Assembly: GCA_023231475.1 (NCBI GenBank)
Contig: JALJEE010002498.1
Span: forward strand, 1-42,868
Reading direction: 5' to 3'
DNA length: 42,868 bases
Origin: Seison nebaliae
Taxonomy: Eukaryota
Shown: one piece after another, positions 11,148 to 24,824 of the stretch
Numbering within the stretch: the stretch's first letter is position 1
How the letters are laid out: each line of letters opens with the position of its first letter
Program-made: the position numbers and the translations under genes
Notes under the pieces: generated by a model
Told to the model about the DNA's origin: nothing
What the model saw: the letters and a program-made list of their open reading frames with translations, nothing else
The model's database searches: none

Positions 11148-13019
11148 TTAAAAAGTTCATTTTTTCTAAAATATTTTCTTTTCTTCCATTAATTTTTTCG
11201 TAAAACTTATTTTTACAATTCGTTAGATTTTCTTTTTAATAAAACCTTTTTAGTACTTTCCATGTTCTAACATTTCTTCCAAGTCAAGTCATTTCCAAAA
11301 TGTTTCCAGAAACATATTCATGATAAAAAATCGATTCTTAGGTTTCACAATCATGATATTATATGAGCGAATAACCATATAAGTTAATTGTCCATATTGT
11401 TCTCGCGAGAAGACAAATCTAGTTCAATTTTCAATAATTGAACAATCTGAAGATAAACGGTCGTCGTATGACGGATATCATTATGAAATAAGTGTAATTG
11501 TCTTTCGACATGAAATATTATAAGAATGTCATTGGACAAATTTAAATTTTCTAAATGTAGTTCTTGATAATTTGTAAGATTCATAAAAATATAACAGTAT
11601 TGTGTGTCTGACCGTTGTGAGTTATGATAAGTGAATAGTCAAAAAAGGAATTTTTGAATTATTTTGAAAATAATTAAGATTAACAAATAAACTCTAATTT
11701 TATTCATTTTTCAAACAGTACAAATATCTGGTTATCGCATCTGCCTAATATTGAATGAAGGAATAACATCGACTGATTTGGTGGTAGAAAACGGTATGAC
11801 AATGTTTCCTATATTGGAATTAATTCGATCTACCATTCAACATGTTTTCATATTAACAGGTTTCTTTTTTTTTGAAATATTTGTTAGAGAATTCTATGGA
11901 AGCGATCAAAATCTCTCATCGTTAATCGATAGCAAATAAGATGTAATGCGTTTATAATAACAACATATGTTTCCTATTCAGGAATTTTATGGGAAAACAA
12001 AATTTTTCCTAAATGTTCTCATCTTTCGTTTGTTTTTTGGCGTAAATATTTTCAGAAGACACATGCTTGATTAGACATCCAAAATTTCTCTACTATTCTT
12101 TATCATGAATTTTTCGTATTATTTTCAAATTTTTCGACAGTTATCTGAAATACGATTGTAAGAAATAAATAGAAGAAAATTTAGTCACAAATATATCTAT
12201 TCCCACATTTTTTGAACATATTATTCTGTACCTTAACTGCATGGATGTCTAAGATTGCAAGAAAAAGAGGAAATTGAAGCATTTGAAATAATTTCGTTTC
12301 ATTTGGATAATGATTAGTGTTATTTAATATTAGTCGTTCTATTCGCAAAATAGTTTAGGAAGTATTTATTTATACCTCATATTTATTTATAAGAAAATTT
12401 TCCTAATGCTTTTAAGGTCTTTATACGTACAGTCTTAAATTTCTTGTCGTTAAAACCAGGAAATTAGAAAAGGAAAAAGAAATATGCATCGAAAATGTTC
12501 TCCATCTATTGGAATTGAGGTGGGAAATTTTTGCGCAGGAACTCTTATAATTCCTATTAGTATGTTAGATGTGCACCATTTTCACTTAAACTATATAATT
12601 ATATAAATCATACGGAATAACTTTGCGGGTTTTCTCCTATGAAATCGAAGTGGTTCAGTTGTGATAATTTACAAATTTTTTTTCTTTCCTGTTTCATACA
12701 AAAAGAAAATTTCATGCCTCAAATTTTCACGTCAAGAAGTTCGAAATTTACATCTATAAAGTAAATTGGAATTTTATTCCTAACAGTTTCGATTCGGATA
12801 TTTTATTGATAGTATTAACGTACAATTTTAGAAACCAATCAACTAGTCACACGGAACAAAATTATCAGATTAATGTAGGGAACATATTTGTGAATTATAT
12901 AAAAATAAATAGTTAAAGGTTGAAGTAGATTAGAGAAAGCTATTTTGAAGTTGAACTAGTTGGCATTCTAATAGTGATTGAATAATAATTGTTTATAAGA
13001 AAATTTCATCAAAGTTCTT

Positions 13020-13033
13020 GATACCATAGTAAC
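13020..13033. promoter_or_regulatory. RFX X-box-like motif
   Basis: GATACCATAGTAAC, one mismatch to the X-box consensus GTNRCC-N0-3-RGYAAC. Confidence 0.3.
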
Positions 13034-16000
13034 CTCCATAATAATGGGAAAGAAAAATTTTTACGCAAAAAATTATTGTTGTTCTACTCGTGAAATGAAT
13101 AGAATACGTAATATTTTTATTCCGTGGAAGGTATGATAATATGCAATACTTATGAGATAAATTCGTCGTTTGGTAAAAGCGAAAAATAAAACTGTCCGTT
13201 ATATTTTATATTGATATTGCAGATGTGCGCTAAAAAAGACGTGAATGCATAAGAAAGTAATTAGGGTGTGGGTCGAGAACATGATCGATAATGTTATGAG
13301 TTATCATATGGATATTTCATTAATATTAAATAAATAGACCATTATTCTCCAAATAAACAATTATCATTACTAAACAAATTCGGAAGAGAAAAAGTAACAA
13401 ATGAGAGACTACTTGTTGGTTTCGTAAAGAATTTAATACTTTTCGAGAAGAATGATTAATGAGTAATTATTTATTCTGGAATCGTAATTAGTTATGAAGT
13501 CTTGTCATCCATAAAATGTGGTCAAAAAATTCCAAAATTTTTCTTCTATTTCCTTTTTCATAATGTCTCCGAGAACACCATCAAAGCCACAAAAATTCAC
13601 AATTACTTATAGAAATAATAATATGATATGATAATAGTGAATCGACTGTTAAGTTCTTTATGCAGAAAATTCTTTTTCATTCTGGAAAAGACAATAGACT
13701 TTTCTTTCTTGATGGTCATCAAATTGTTTGTATTCTTCCACTTTATTAGATCTCCTCATTATCAGACTTTATTCCATTATAATGGAAATGTTCATTTTCA
13801 AAAATTAATTGTTTACCAAGTATGTCATTCCTTAACACATTCCTTAATCCTTCGAATACTTAAAGGTCCACTATTCGGAGAATTTGTGAAGAAATTTAAC
13901 TCAAAAAGAAAAATCAGCTACCAATATACAATCCGGAAATCATTTATGAATTAAAGTAACTCCTCCCAATCAATAACTAATCTATATTTGCGTTATTTCA
14001 TTCTTGTTGACTTTTCTTTATTTATCATTAAAATTTTTGATTCAAAGATGAATCGGCCTTATTGGAAAAAAAAGGAAAAATTATTTGTTCGATGTAGAAG
14101 ATGAAGTATTAAGGTCATAAATGGATTTCTGTTTTAAATCAATTCATAAAGTTTCGAAGAATGAAAGTTGATTTATTCTAAATTTTATATTTCTTATAAG
14201 AAGTATATTTAGTGTAGACGTATATGTAGTATGTATGATATTGTAAGGGTAAACGTGAGATATCTGATTGTCATTGATTTAAGCTCATACTTTATCGAAC
14301 AGTTTTTCATCTTCCTTTCCTAATTATATTCTAATAGTATTGTAACAATAATATCTTGGAGTTTGATACTTTGGTCCACCGTGGCCGAATATCCCAACTA
14401 CATTTATGGATGGTCATTATAATTATAATATTTCGTAGCAGATGATGGGTGAAATGTATTATTCTTCCCATATTATTCTCTATTATCTTCTTTTCTTTCA
14501 TCTGAACATTAATCTAATTCGTATGGAAAAAGTATAAATAATAAATATGCTATTAATATTTAGGGAAAGAATTTTAGAGTTAATTGATATGATCATCATC
14601 ACCAATACATTTCTCATATCCTTATGACACTTTACCACGGAAAGTTCTTTATCAATGTTTCATGAAATTATTCTCAATGATATCAATGGTGAAAGGAAGA
14701 GTAGAGTATTCAATTATTGATCAAATATTAAATTATTTATTAATAAAACAAATGAAATCGATAAAAAAATTTATTTTTTCTATTCCAATTGAAAGATATT
14801 GGTTTTATTAGAAAAAAGACCGAGGTTCTCTGATTCCTTATGGTCTTAAATTATAAACAATAAAACGTTTATAGTTTTCCTTTCTCCTGAAACCTCATTC
14901 GATAGTGTCATTTTATAGACTAAAGATTTCATAAAATGGCTTTTCCTTCCAACACACTATATCTTTTTCCAGGTAGAATAATATTCCATAATCAATTTAA
15001 AGAACGAAAAACTTCCGTTTTCTGGAAATTTCGTCGTACTTCGTTTTATTTGTTTTAATAAATTTTACTTCCTATTTCAAACTAACTTTCTCCAATTTCT
15101 TGTTTTGTGACATTCCATATTATTTATCTATAATTATATTATTGAAGAGAATGAGAAAATTGTAATTAAATGTAATCATGAAAATTTTTCATCTAAATCG
15201 AAAACCGAACGGATGAAAATTGGGAAAATTTTAATTTAATAGATTCCCTAACTTCTTTGTTCGATTAATTAAGTTTTTTTAGTTCCTTTAACATTGTACT
15301 TTTTTCTTATAGACGTATATATAGGAAATAATTGGGGGAATGAACAGGACAAATGTGAATTGATAATAAAATTGGAATGATCCATATTAGATGTTTTTTT
15401 TAACTAATTCGTTCAATTACCATGAAAGCGACAAATAAATTTAAGAGAAGTAATAAGAAAGATAATTAGAGGATCCTTATTGTATTTTCAAAATGAAGAA
15501 GAAGGAAAATTTTCCCATTGTAACGTTATTTTATTGTTTTCCATTCTTGTTATCACTTTCTCCTCCCGATCAACCCGACGAGAATCGATATTTTCTTGGT
15601 TAAAAAAATTGTTTTAATTTCCCCCATTTTTGCGGTTCGTAGCATTTGTAATATTATACATCCTACATCGACGTTCAAACTACCGTAGACCTATACAACA
15701 CAATACTAATTGCTTCTAATATTTCAATATAAATTATTGACAGCTCATAGAATTGTCGATATAGATTGTTGGAGACCTACTCTACTACCATATTGTTCTT
15801 GCGTAATCCATTTTCTTCAATAGATCTTTACAGCAAGGAATCGTAGAAAGATGAATATTATATCGATTCTTGTATATTCTATGTATCGTATTCGAATGAA
15901 GCCGAATAAGTAAGTTTATAGAAATAAAATTTTATTGGGCAATCGTTTGGTTGGTGGTGGGTTTGGGTGGAAGCCATAAGTGAAAGATCGAATATCTAAT

Positions 16001-19000
16001 ACCATCCACAATCGTATTACTTACTTGACGGAAGTGAATGTTAGTTCCGAATGAAATTTTACAAATAAACCTAATAAGTAATTGAATGGATGAATTTCAA
16101 TAGAAAAGTTTATGCAATTTTGATGAAAAAAAAAACATCGATATAAATCAATATTTCCTGTTTTTGTTTCATCCATAAATTATTTGATATTAGAAATAAT
16201 GTGAAGTTATCTGAAATTAAGCGGTTTCTAATTATGTCTCATTTGAATATTATTGTTAAATATCATATTTCTTCTTCATTGGTAAATAAATGATTTGAGA
16301 AATTTGTTGAAAGGAAATCAACTAACTGATTTTTGTCTCAAAGTAAAAGGAAAAAAATTGATGTGTGGAGTAAATAAGTAGATTTATTACGCGATGTCAT
16401 CATGAAACACAATGAAATTGAATCGAATGATGAATACTAATAATAAGAGACATAACTATCAATTTCTCTAACACGAAATAACTTCAACCACATGTAGTAG
16501 TCATAATTGTAACTTTTCAATTGTTATGCAAACAATCATCTTCAGAATATATTGTTGTTTCATTTAATTTACTTTTTCTGTGAAACTACTTTTTCTTCTT
16601 CTTTGCGGAAACGAAAATGACCACTAATATCAATATGTTTATCTACAAACATTCGTAATGAACAAACAATAATACGAATTTACAATGGAAATTTATGTAC
16701 TTCGTTCTACCACCACTTGGTGGTATTATTGATATATTAATTCATTGATACGTGTAAATGGACATATTTTATTCATCGATTATTACAATTGCAGTTCTTC
16801 TCACAATAAACCAGGTGGTGTGAATATTCTTTTTCAATTATATTTATAACATTCAATATCTTCTTGACAATTCAACATGCAACTTGGCTAATTCGCCATA
16901 ATTTGGTGAACGATAAATGATAATTATTTCTAAAAAAAAATTTTATTTTTACTATTTTTAGTAAACGTATAGTAATAAGTTCCGATGAAAAGAAAGTACA
17001 ATCGAAAACATCGAAGAACGTAAGAGAATTTTTTATATGAATCTGATGTGAAATTTTATTAGTCGAATCAGATCTTAAAAATTTTTTAGAATCAGAATTT
17101 CTCTTGATAAATGTTCATTATTTCCACTCCATTTTAGTCGATCTATCACGTTCAAGTAAGTTCCTTCAACCAAGGTTCATCGACATCTCACGAATGGGAA
17201 CTGAACGGAAATAATTTAAGACGGGAAAATACTTTGTACGTTTTCTTTATCGAAATTAAAGTTTCTTTTTCTCCATTTCATTTTACAGTTTTCTTTTTCG
17301 TACGAATATTGTGGGGATAAGTCTTCGCGAATTAATCCTTTTCCTTATTTGCTCCCCTATTTCAGTTCTGTGAGAAAAATTATCGTTTAATGAGTACTTT
17401 TCTTCATTTTCTAGTTTTTCTTCAAACGAAAAATCTCCTTTAAGGAATGAAAATTTTATCACATTCGTCTCCCATAAACTTATCAATACTTAAACATATT
17501 GATCATTTTTCTCAATTTAAATATATCTTCATTTCTTAATACGTATTATCCTCGTTATTTTTTACTTTATCCGGTTAATAAAGATTTGTGAGGGGTCGAT
17601 GTGAAATTGGGAAATGTTTTTTTTGGTTTTATTTAAAAATTAATTAATTTTCCAAACTTTAATTTCAGTCAATCATAAATTGTTTCTTAGAATAACGGCC
17701 ATAAGTTAAGTGTATGTCAAACCGTTGTTATGCAACGATTTATGTTGAAGAAGATGAAATAATCTTTCAAGTTACTTTTGAGGTAACAATAGTTGACTGT
17801 TAATCCAAATTCTAATTTTTTCTGTTCGATAGACATTGATTTACAATGGTAAAACATAGATCGGTGAAGAATATTCATGTATGTCATGATGGATTCATCT
17901 TTTTCTTATTATACAACTCTCCTTTTTTATTGAAATTATCAAATTATTTAATAGAAATCCACAATATATTTTATTTGTTAAAAAAATTTTAGTTTTTTCT
18001 TTTTTTGGATTAATGTCACTATTAGAAGTTAATCCAATTTATTTGTAATCCAAATTGTAATATCAATAAATTTGAAAGTTTACTAAATTAATCAGGTGAT
18101 TATTCTCTTATGTATTGACAATTCTCACTGATATTGGGAATTACGGTAATATAAGGTTATCTTTGATGGAGTTGTATCGATAACTAATTCGTTCCAGTTC
18201 ATGCTGACTCCTTTGATTATTTGTTAAAGATATTGAAGATTGTTGAGAGGCTAAATAGGAGGTACATTGTTGAAGTTCATTCAGTCACGCTACCAACATA
18301 CAAAATAATAATTATTAGTATTGCTAAACAGATTGATATATTGAGAATGAAGTGATTGATGAAAATAACGAGTGAGATATAGAACCTGATGAGATAAAGA
18401 CGTACTATCCACACCAATTAACACTAGATAAATTTTTCTTCGGTTATTTTCTTTCAGTTTTTTTATTTGAAAAATATTTTTCATTTCTTAATCTTTTTTT
18501 CCTTCCTATTCATCAGACTGATAGAGTTCACGATAAGTAATGATATATTCACGTTTCGTCAAAGTATGACAATAAATTGATTTGTCTTTTGTCTTCTACC
18601 AACATCATCCATATTACATATGATCAGAAATCATAAGAATTCAGCCATGTCTAAATCCATTTTCTTGCGTACTTTCAGTTTATATATAAATTTCGTCCAC
18701 CGAATCGACCGATATTGGAGAAAACATTTAGGATAACAGTGACATGGAACGGTATCTGAATTAGATTATATAGATTAAATTTATCTTGTGATTCTTGATA
18801 TATGTTTCTTACTTTCTCTAAACAAATTAAAATTTCTTTCGCCATGTTCCTTTCTTCTATTGTGGAGAATGTGGTGAGTATGCTGGATTTATAGTGACCG
18901 ATAGAAAAAGTAGAAGCATCACGCTTCATGATACGTTCGGTAGGAATTACCACATGTCAACCTAGAATATCGAAGTTTCACTGAAAATATTCCCCAGAAA

Positions 19001-19475
19001 CATTCCCATCTAATATTACGTCGATCTAATTTTCAGTGAATGTGGCAAATGTACAAGTTTTATTAGTAGTGGAGAGTTCATATAATCGAGTCATCCATTA
19101 CTTCATTTTTACGAAAGAAAGTTTTTAATGTAATAGTAGATTTCCTTTCTCATCGAATAACTAAATTAATTTCCTTTAAACTTATTCACTTTTCGATAAG
19201 TTTTATTTTCATAATTTTATTATTACATCAGTATTTCATGCTCCATATTTGAGAATATTTCTTGATAAAGAATATAAATTGTTTTATTTCATCTTATCTT
19301 TAATCATTTTTTTATTCGTTAAAAAATATTTCTTCTTAAAACTATATATATGGTCTAAATAACGATTATAATTATGATGATCAGAAGAAGAAATTATAAT
19401 AATTGGGAAATTGTGAGATTATAGAAAAAAATTTCTTGTTTTCATGTTTGATAATTGAATTAGAATTGAAGAATA

Positions 19476-21555
19476 ATGACTCACTCATTCTACAATGATG
19501 GAAATGCAATAAATGGGATTAACTCTTTAGATCATCATAATCGGACGTCATCTTCCGAATTGATATTACAAACCAAAAATAATTCTAATTACCGCACTTA
19601 TTCACAATATAATATCGAGAAAGATGATGAGAATTATGACGGTAATAAGAAAAGAAAGAAGTTGCCTAAAGGAATTCACTCGAAATCGGATGGTCTAAAA
19701 AGACTTAATTCGAATAATGAAATCGATTATATTGATAAGAATTTCCATTCAATATTTCATAATTCAACAGAAGTCAATTCTTCGTTCATTTTCTCTTTAC
19801 TATCGGATCACGAACGTTGGCTACTTCACCAACAAAAACAACAAAAACAACAAGAAAAACAAGAACAACAAGAACAACATCAACAAATCAATAACACTTC
19901 GAAAGAAAGGGATATTCCAAAAAAAAAGAAAAATATAAAAAAGTCAACAAGTTTTTTTCGGAAATTTCGGAAGAAATCAACAAAACACAACACAACACAA
20001 ACGACAACAATAACAACAACTGCAGCGACATATTCTGCTAGTACAACGTCAACAACGTCCTGTGAACCGACCACATCGTTGCCAATAATGAATGAAGTGA
20101 ACTCGATTAACGATTCCCATCATATGTCCGTTGATGAAACTATTAAGGAGAAGAAGCGTAGACATTTCTTTCAGTTCTCGTTAAGACATAAGCGGAAATT
20201 GAAACCAGAGAGTTTGAAAGAGAATTCGTTCGATGATTGGAATAGTACGAAAATAAAATCTTCGACTAATATTAACAATTCAATCGGTCCATATAATAAT
20301 TATAATCGTGGAAGTCTCAAAAAATTGTCGAATTATACTCCAGCAAGTTTAATGAATTTGAATGACAATCAATCTCAATCGACGATCAATTTAAGAAACG
20401 GTTTTATAAATAAATCGAATTGTAATGAAGATCAATACATAAATAATGATCCATCTAATCAAATGACAATCTCAGCAATATCTGACGTGAGATTAAACGA
20501 GAAGAGTAAGTCAAAGTTCAAAACTGTTTCTAATGAATTCTTTCTCCCTCAAAAGTCGAACACTACAATCATGACGACCACCACAACGACCACAACAACA
20601 ACAATTACAACTTCACTCGGTCAACCTCAAAGAATGAATAGTCAATTTAATACAATAAGAAATTATTCATATGAATCAGCTGTTACAGGAATATTAAACA
20701 CATTAACATCAGCGTCGTTTGCATCGTCATCGTCATCAACATTACCATCACCATCAACCTCAAAGCGAAGAACAGGAACGAGTGTATTGGTTAAACAAAA
20801 CCAAAGTAGAACGACAGGTAGAAATAAATTACTCAATTCTGATCGGAAACCACCAATGGCAAAGAAGCGTTGTCGAAGTAACTTTTCCACATTATCATCA
20901 TATGATCAATCAGACGTAAAACTGAATAATAGAAATGAGAACAGTTATATGAATATGAATGAAAGTTCGCATGATGACTATTTTCATATTGAGAATAGTG
21001 GACAACAAATGGAAGTGGCAGAAATGCAAATAGATAATTTTGGGGGTAAGGTACAAAACAAAGAAGTGAGAGGAGAACAAAAGAATTGGAAATATAATCA
21101 TCATCGACTTAACACAATTTCATTATCAGTCAGTCAGTTACGATCAACATCCAAATCTTCTATTGATACCATAGATAATATGAAACATTCTGCTTTCTTA
21201 TCTTCATCAAATGGAAATTCGATGCATAATTGTTATAATAGTATCATCATGCCATACCATGAAAACATATCGACATCTCCGAGTCATGTCGATGACGAGA
21301 ATGAACAAATAAATTGTAGAACTCGAATCAATTCGACAAAAGATAAGCAAATGAAAGATCGAATGGAATCTACTTCAAACTCTACAACCGGAACGAATAG
21401 TAACAATTCAAATAAAAATATATTTAGTTCCGTCATCCTCCAAAATTCAACAAATTTCGCCTCTGACGTTCATGACGATGTTGATGGTGACGGTAACTTG
21501 GTGAAAGTACCGAAAATATATATAAAACGGAAGTCAAGCGATTCTCGACGATTAA
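19476..21555 (+). CDS. Large low-complexity coding exon (S/N/T/Q/K-rich), probable first coding exon of the giant gene; unspliced ORF ends at 21587
   Basis: 703-codon ORF in very AT-rich DNA with poly-Q and poly-T tracts and basic clusters. Phase-1 donor A|GTAATT at 21555/21556 matches the phase-1 acceptor at 27486/27487. Confidence 0.75.
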
Positions 21556-24500
21556 GTAATTATTTTTTTCTTCGATCACCATCATAATTTCTTACTTAAT
21601 TTAACTGTACGATTTGTGTTCACTTATAGTAGATGTCTGTGTATGTCTAGGATACGTTTATGTCGATGAATATTGTTTTCCTTCTTTTCCTATTTTCTAC
21701 TTCTCTGATAATCATCATTTTGATTCTCTGTGGCTTTATTCATATTCGTTTCCTACTCCTCCTCATCTCCAATCAGTTCAGTTAATGTTTAGTGTGAAAA
21801 AGAAGAAATATCCGACTGATGTATTTAATTAGAATAATCCCAAATTGACGTTAATTCTGATATAGTATCTAGTAAAATTAGATTATTCTCACTAAGAATA
21901 TAAAGTATTTCAGAAGTTCTCTCATCTCCTACAAGTGTTATTACCTCATTTCATAATATTTGATGTGGCAACTTAACCTAACCACAATAACTATGTAATT
22001 CCTTCATCAGTCTCCATCTCCTCTAACTTGCCACAATTCCACCTAGTTCCACCTGTCGCCATAGTGCTAATGAGAAACAATCGTGACTAATTCATTTCAT
22101 TTTTTTTAGACAACAAGAACGAAACATTCGATATGGCACGCTATCCAACTGATAATGCGAAATATAATGATAATTGGCAAATAACAAAATACCAACCAAT
22201 ATTTCCACAACATTCACATGTTTTTTTTTTCAAAGGAAGAAAATCATATTCTTAAATCATATTCTCCTCTTCTTAATCAACAGATAATGGATAATGTCAA
22301 AGAAAATAGGCAAAGCATATCGAAAAAGAAAGGAAAAGTGAAATACGATCTTCAATTTATTCCAACGATTAAATTTATGCGTTGTCGAACACATACTTTA
22401 GTTGTTAGTCGTCCTTCATTTTTATTTTGAATAAACGCTTTCTCTTTCGTTCTCATTCCAGAATTTTCAAGACATCTTTCAAGATATTACTAACAGGAAA
22501 ACTTTATTTCCAAACCATTCATTCACCTCGGTTAGTGTTTCCTTTTTTTATTTTGTTTTATTGTTATTTTCTCCCATAAAGAAATCTCCTTTAATCTATT
22601 CAATCAAATTAATTAAATGTCAAGAAATTAATGAACAGTCAAAATTACCAATAAAATGTTAGTTGACAAGAAATTTTATCGATTAATTTTAATTTTCCAA
22701 TTTACGATATCGTTTTCGTTCATTTTCAATCATTATTCAATTGTTATCGTCCTTTATTTTCCATTATGTTTCACTACGATTTATAGTATTTGATAGTAAT
22801 ATTAATAAGTGACTGATATTAAGGATTTATTGAGCGTAAAAAAAATTTCATGTATCGAAAACAAAAAAATACAGACAGAAACAAATAATTATTGAAGAAA
22901 ATTCTTATAGTTCAAGTATAAAATTCCTGTGTAATGATTGAATTAAATAGTTTTAATGAGAAACGTCTTCAAAAAACAGTAGTTGAATATTAAAAAATTT
23001 CAAATCGAAATCGATTTTTTAGACGTAAATGTCATTGTTTGTGCTATATCATTCCGCAAACTTCAAAATATAAATCGACGTTACATATTTATATTTATTA
23101 AAGTGAGAAGTTGTTTTCTACCCCCTTTCTCCCTCCAAAAAAAATAGTAAGAAGAAGATTGTGTGAAGGTTCTTTTCCAATATAAGACAATATTATTTGT
23201 ACGCTATCGTTCGATATATTACACTTCGTTCCTCCACATTTAATCAGTTGGTAAACAGCTAAGAAGTATATTGCGGCAGGTTGTCTTCCCTCGTTTTTTG
23301 GTGATACATCCACTTCGTTACATAATTCCCGAAGAAGAAAGTATTAAGGACGTTTATACACGTTATGAAGAATGTTGTTGATGGTTATCGCGACATGAAA
23401 GTTAACGGAAATATCTTGTTAGTCGGAAATACAATTTCCATCGATTGAAATCGTCACCAAAATACCAAATGTGAAAAAAATTATTAAATAGTGAAGGAAA
23501 CAAATGATGAAGACATGTTCCTTCATTCGAATGTATTAGTTTGAATGAGTTTATATGTTCCTTTCCACAACTGTCGAGAACTCCTTCCGGAATTCCGAGA
23601 AAAAATTCTTATACAGATTTCTCAAAATATAAATATTTACTTATTCCGACGAAAAAAGAATTATAAATCAGTTTAAATTCATTAAGTATTCTATTATATT
23701 CTTTTTGCTTTGTGTCTCGTTAGTTTCATCGATTGCAGACCATAATGACTCTCAAAGTATCGAATAACAATTATTTGAAATGTGAAAGGTTAATTACGAT
23801 AAGAATAAGAAGAAAATTTTGTGGACTGGATATTTCGAGAGAAAAAGAAAAAGAAGAACAGGAATGAGTTAAGGCAAACGGAGAAATATGAGAAGAATCG
23901 TGACTTAAGATTAGCTAATACCATTATCTTGTCGACATTAATTTGTAAAGAATCGTCAGAATTCTAATCGTCAATATAGTTGTTGTCATTTGTAAAGTAG
24001 AAGTTAAGAGTACTTAACACAATTGTTAAAATGGAATCAAACGACGATTATCAATGGAATGGAATGGATAGACGATGGTCACAAAATTGAGTAGAATAAC
24101 TAATTTTTTGGGGAGGAAATTTTGTGGCATTCTCGAAAAGAAACGCGAGAAAATGTCAAACGAATATAATACTTCTTCTTGTGAACTTAATACTCCACTA
24201 ATTCCATTCCACATATCTTTTATGTCTGATAGGATAAATGTATTTAATTTATGTTCTTCACATTAAAACTTTTGGATTCTTCTTTTCTTACTTATTCTAA
24301 TTCTATTCAATCGAACATCGAAAATATTCGAGATAATATTAGGTAAAAATTTGTTTTTCTTCAAGAATAGAACAAATTTCTTTATCAAAATTTTCTTCTA
24401 TTCATTTAACATCTTCCAGCCTACAGGAGAATTAGCGACTTTAGGTTAAAATTATTGCTATGACAAAATTCTCAATACTCTTCTATTAACACCACATCTT

Positions 24501-24810
24501 TAATGGTTCGGAAAGTTCAATTAATTATTGGATTGGTTCGAAATTCTCCTCTTCACTGTTTTCTTATGGCTAGAAAAAGATATTTATGACAACCAAGTCT
24601 ATTCACCTTTTGTCGTATTGAGGAGAAAAAATGAAGAATATCAGAAGTTACGAAAAAGAGCGAAGGTAAATAGAATGAGAGAATGTTATTTGATATTTAT
24701 AGAAATAAAAATTTTCTCTCCTTCTTTTCTCAGTTTGGGAAATGCCTCTTCATTCATAAAGTGAATGATATTTTATTCTGCATAAATGCTAACATAATCG
24801 GTATAATGCC

Positions 24811-24824
24811 GTTGCCATGGCAGC
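24811..24824. promoter_or_regulatory. RFX X-box motif
   Basis: GTTGCCATGGCAGC, 13/14 identical to the palindromic X-box GTTGCCATGGCAAC; GC-rich word in AT-rich intronic DNA. Confidence 0.5.

Noticed and set aside
16708..16725. Palindrome TACCACCA-CT-TGGTGGTA
   Set aside because: Single short palindrome without context; could arise by chance.
11384..18953. Scattered 60-108-aa ORFs in the gene-poor region
   Set aside because: F/I/L/K-rich translations typical of AT-rich non-coding DNA, often with non-ATG starts and no motifs.
22110..22430. Possible extra exon split by a frameshift at a T homopolymer near 22221-22230
   Set aside because: Acceptor phase fits, but there is no homology or clear donor; cannot be supported without reads.
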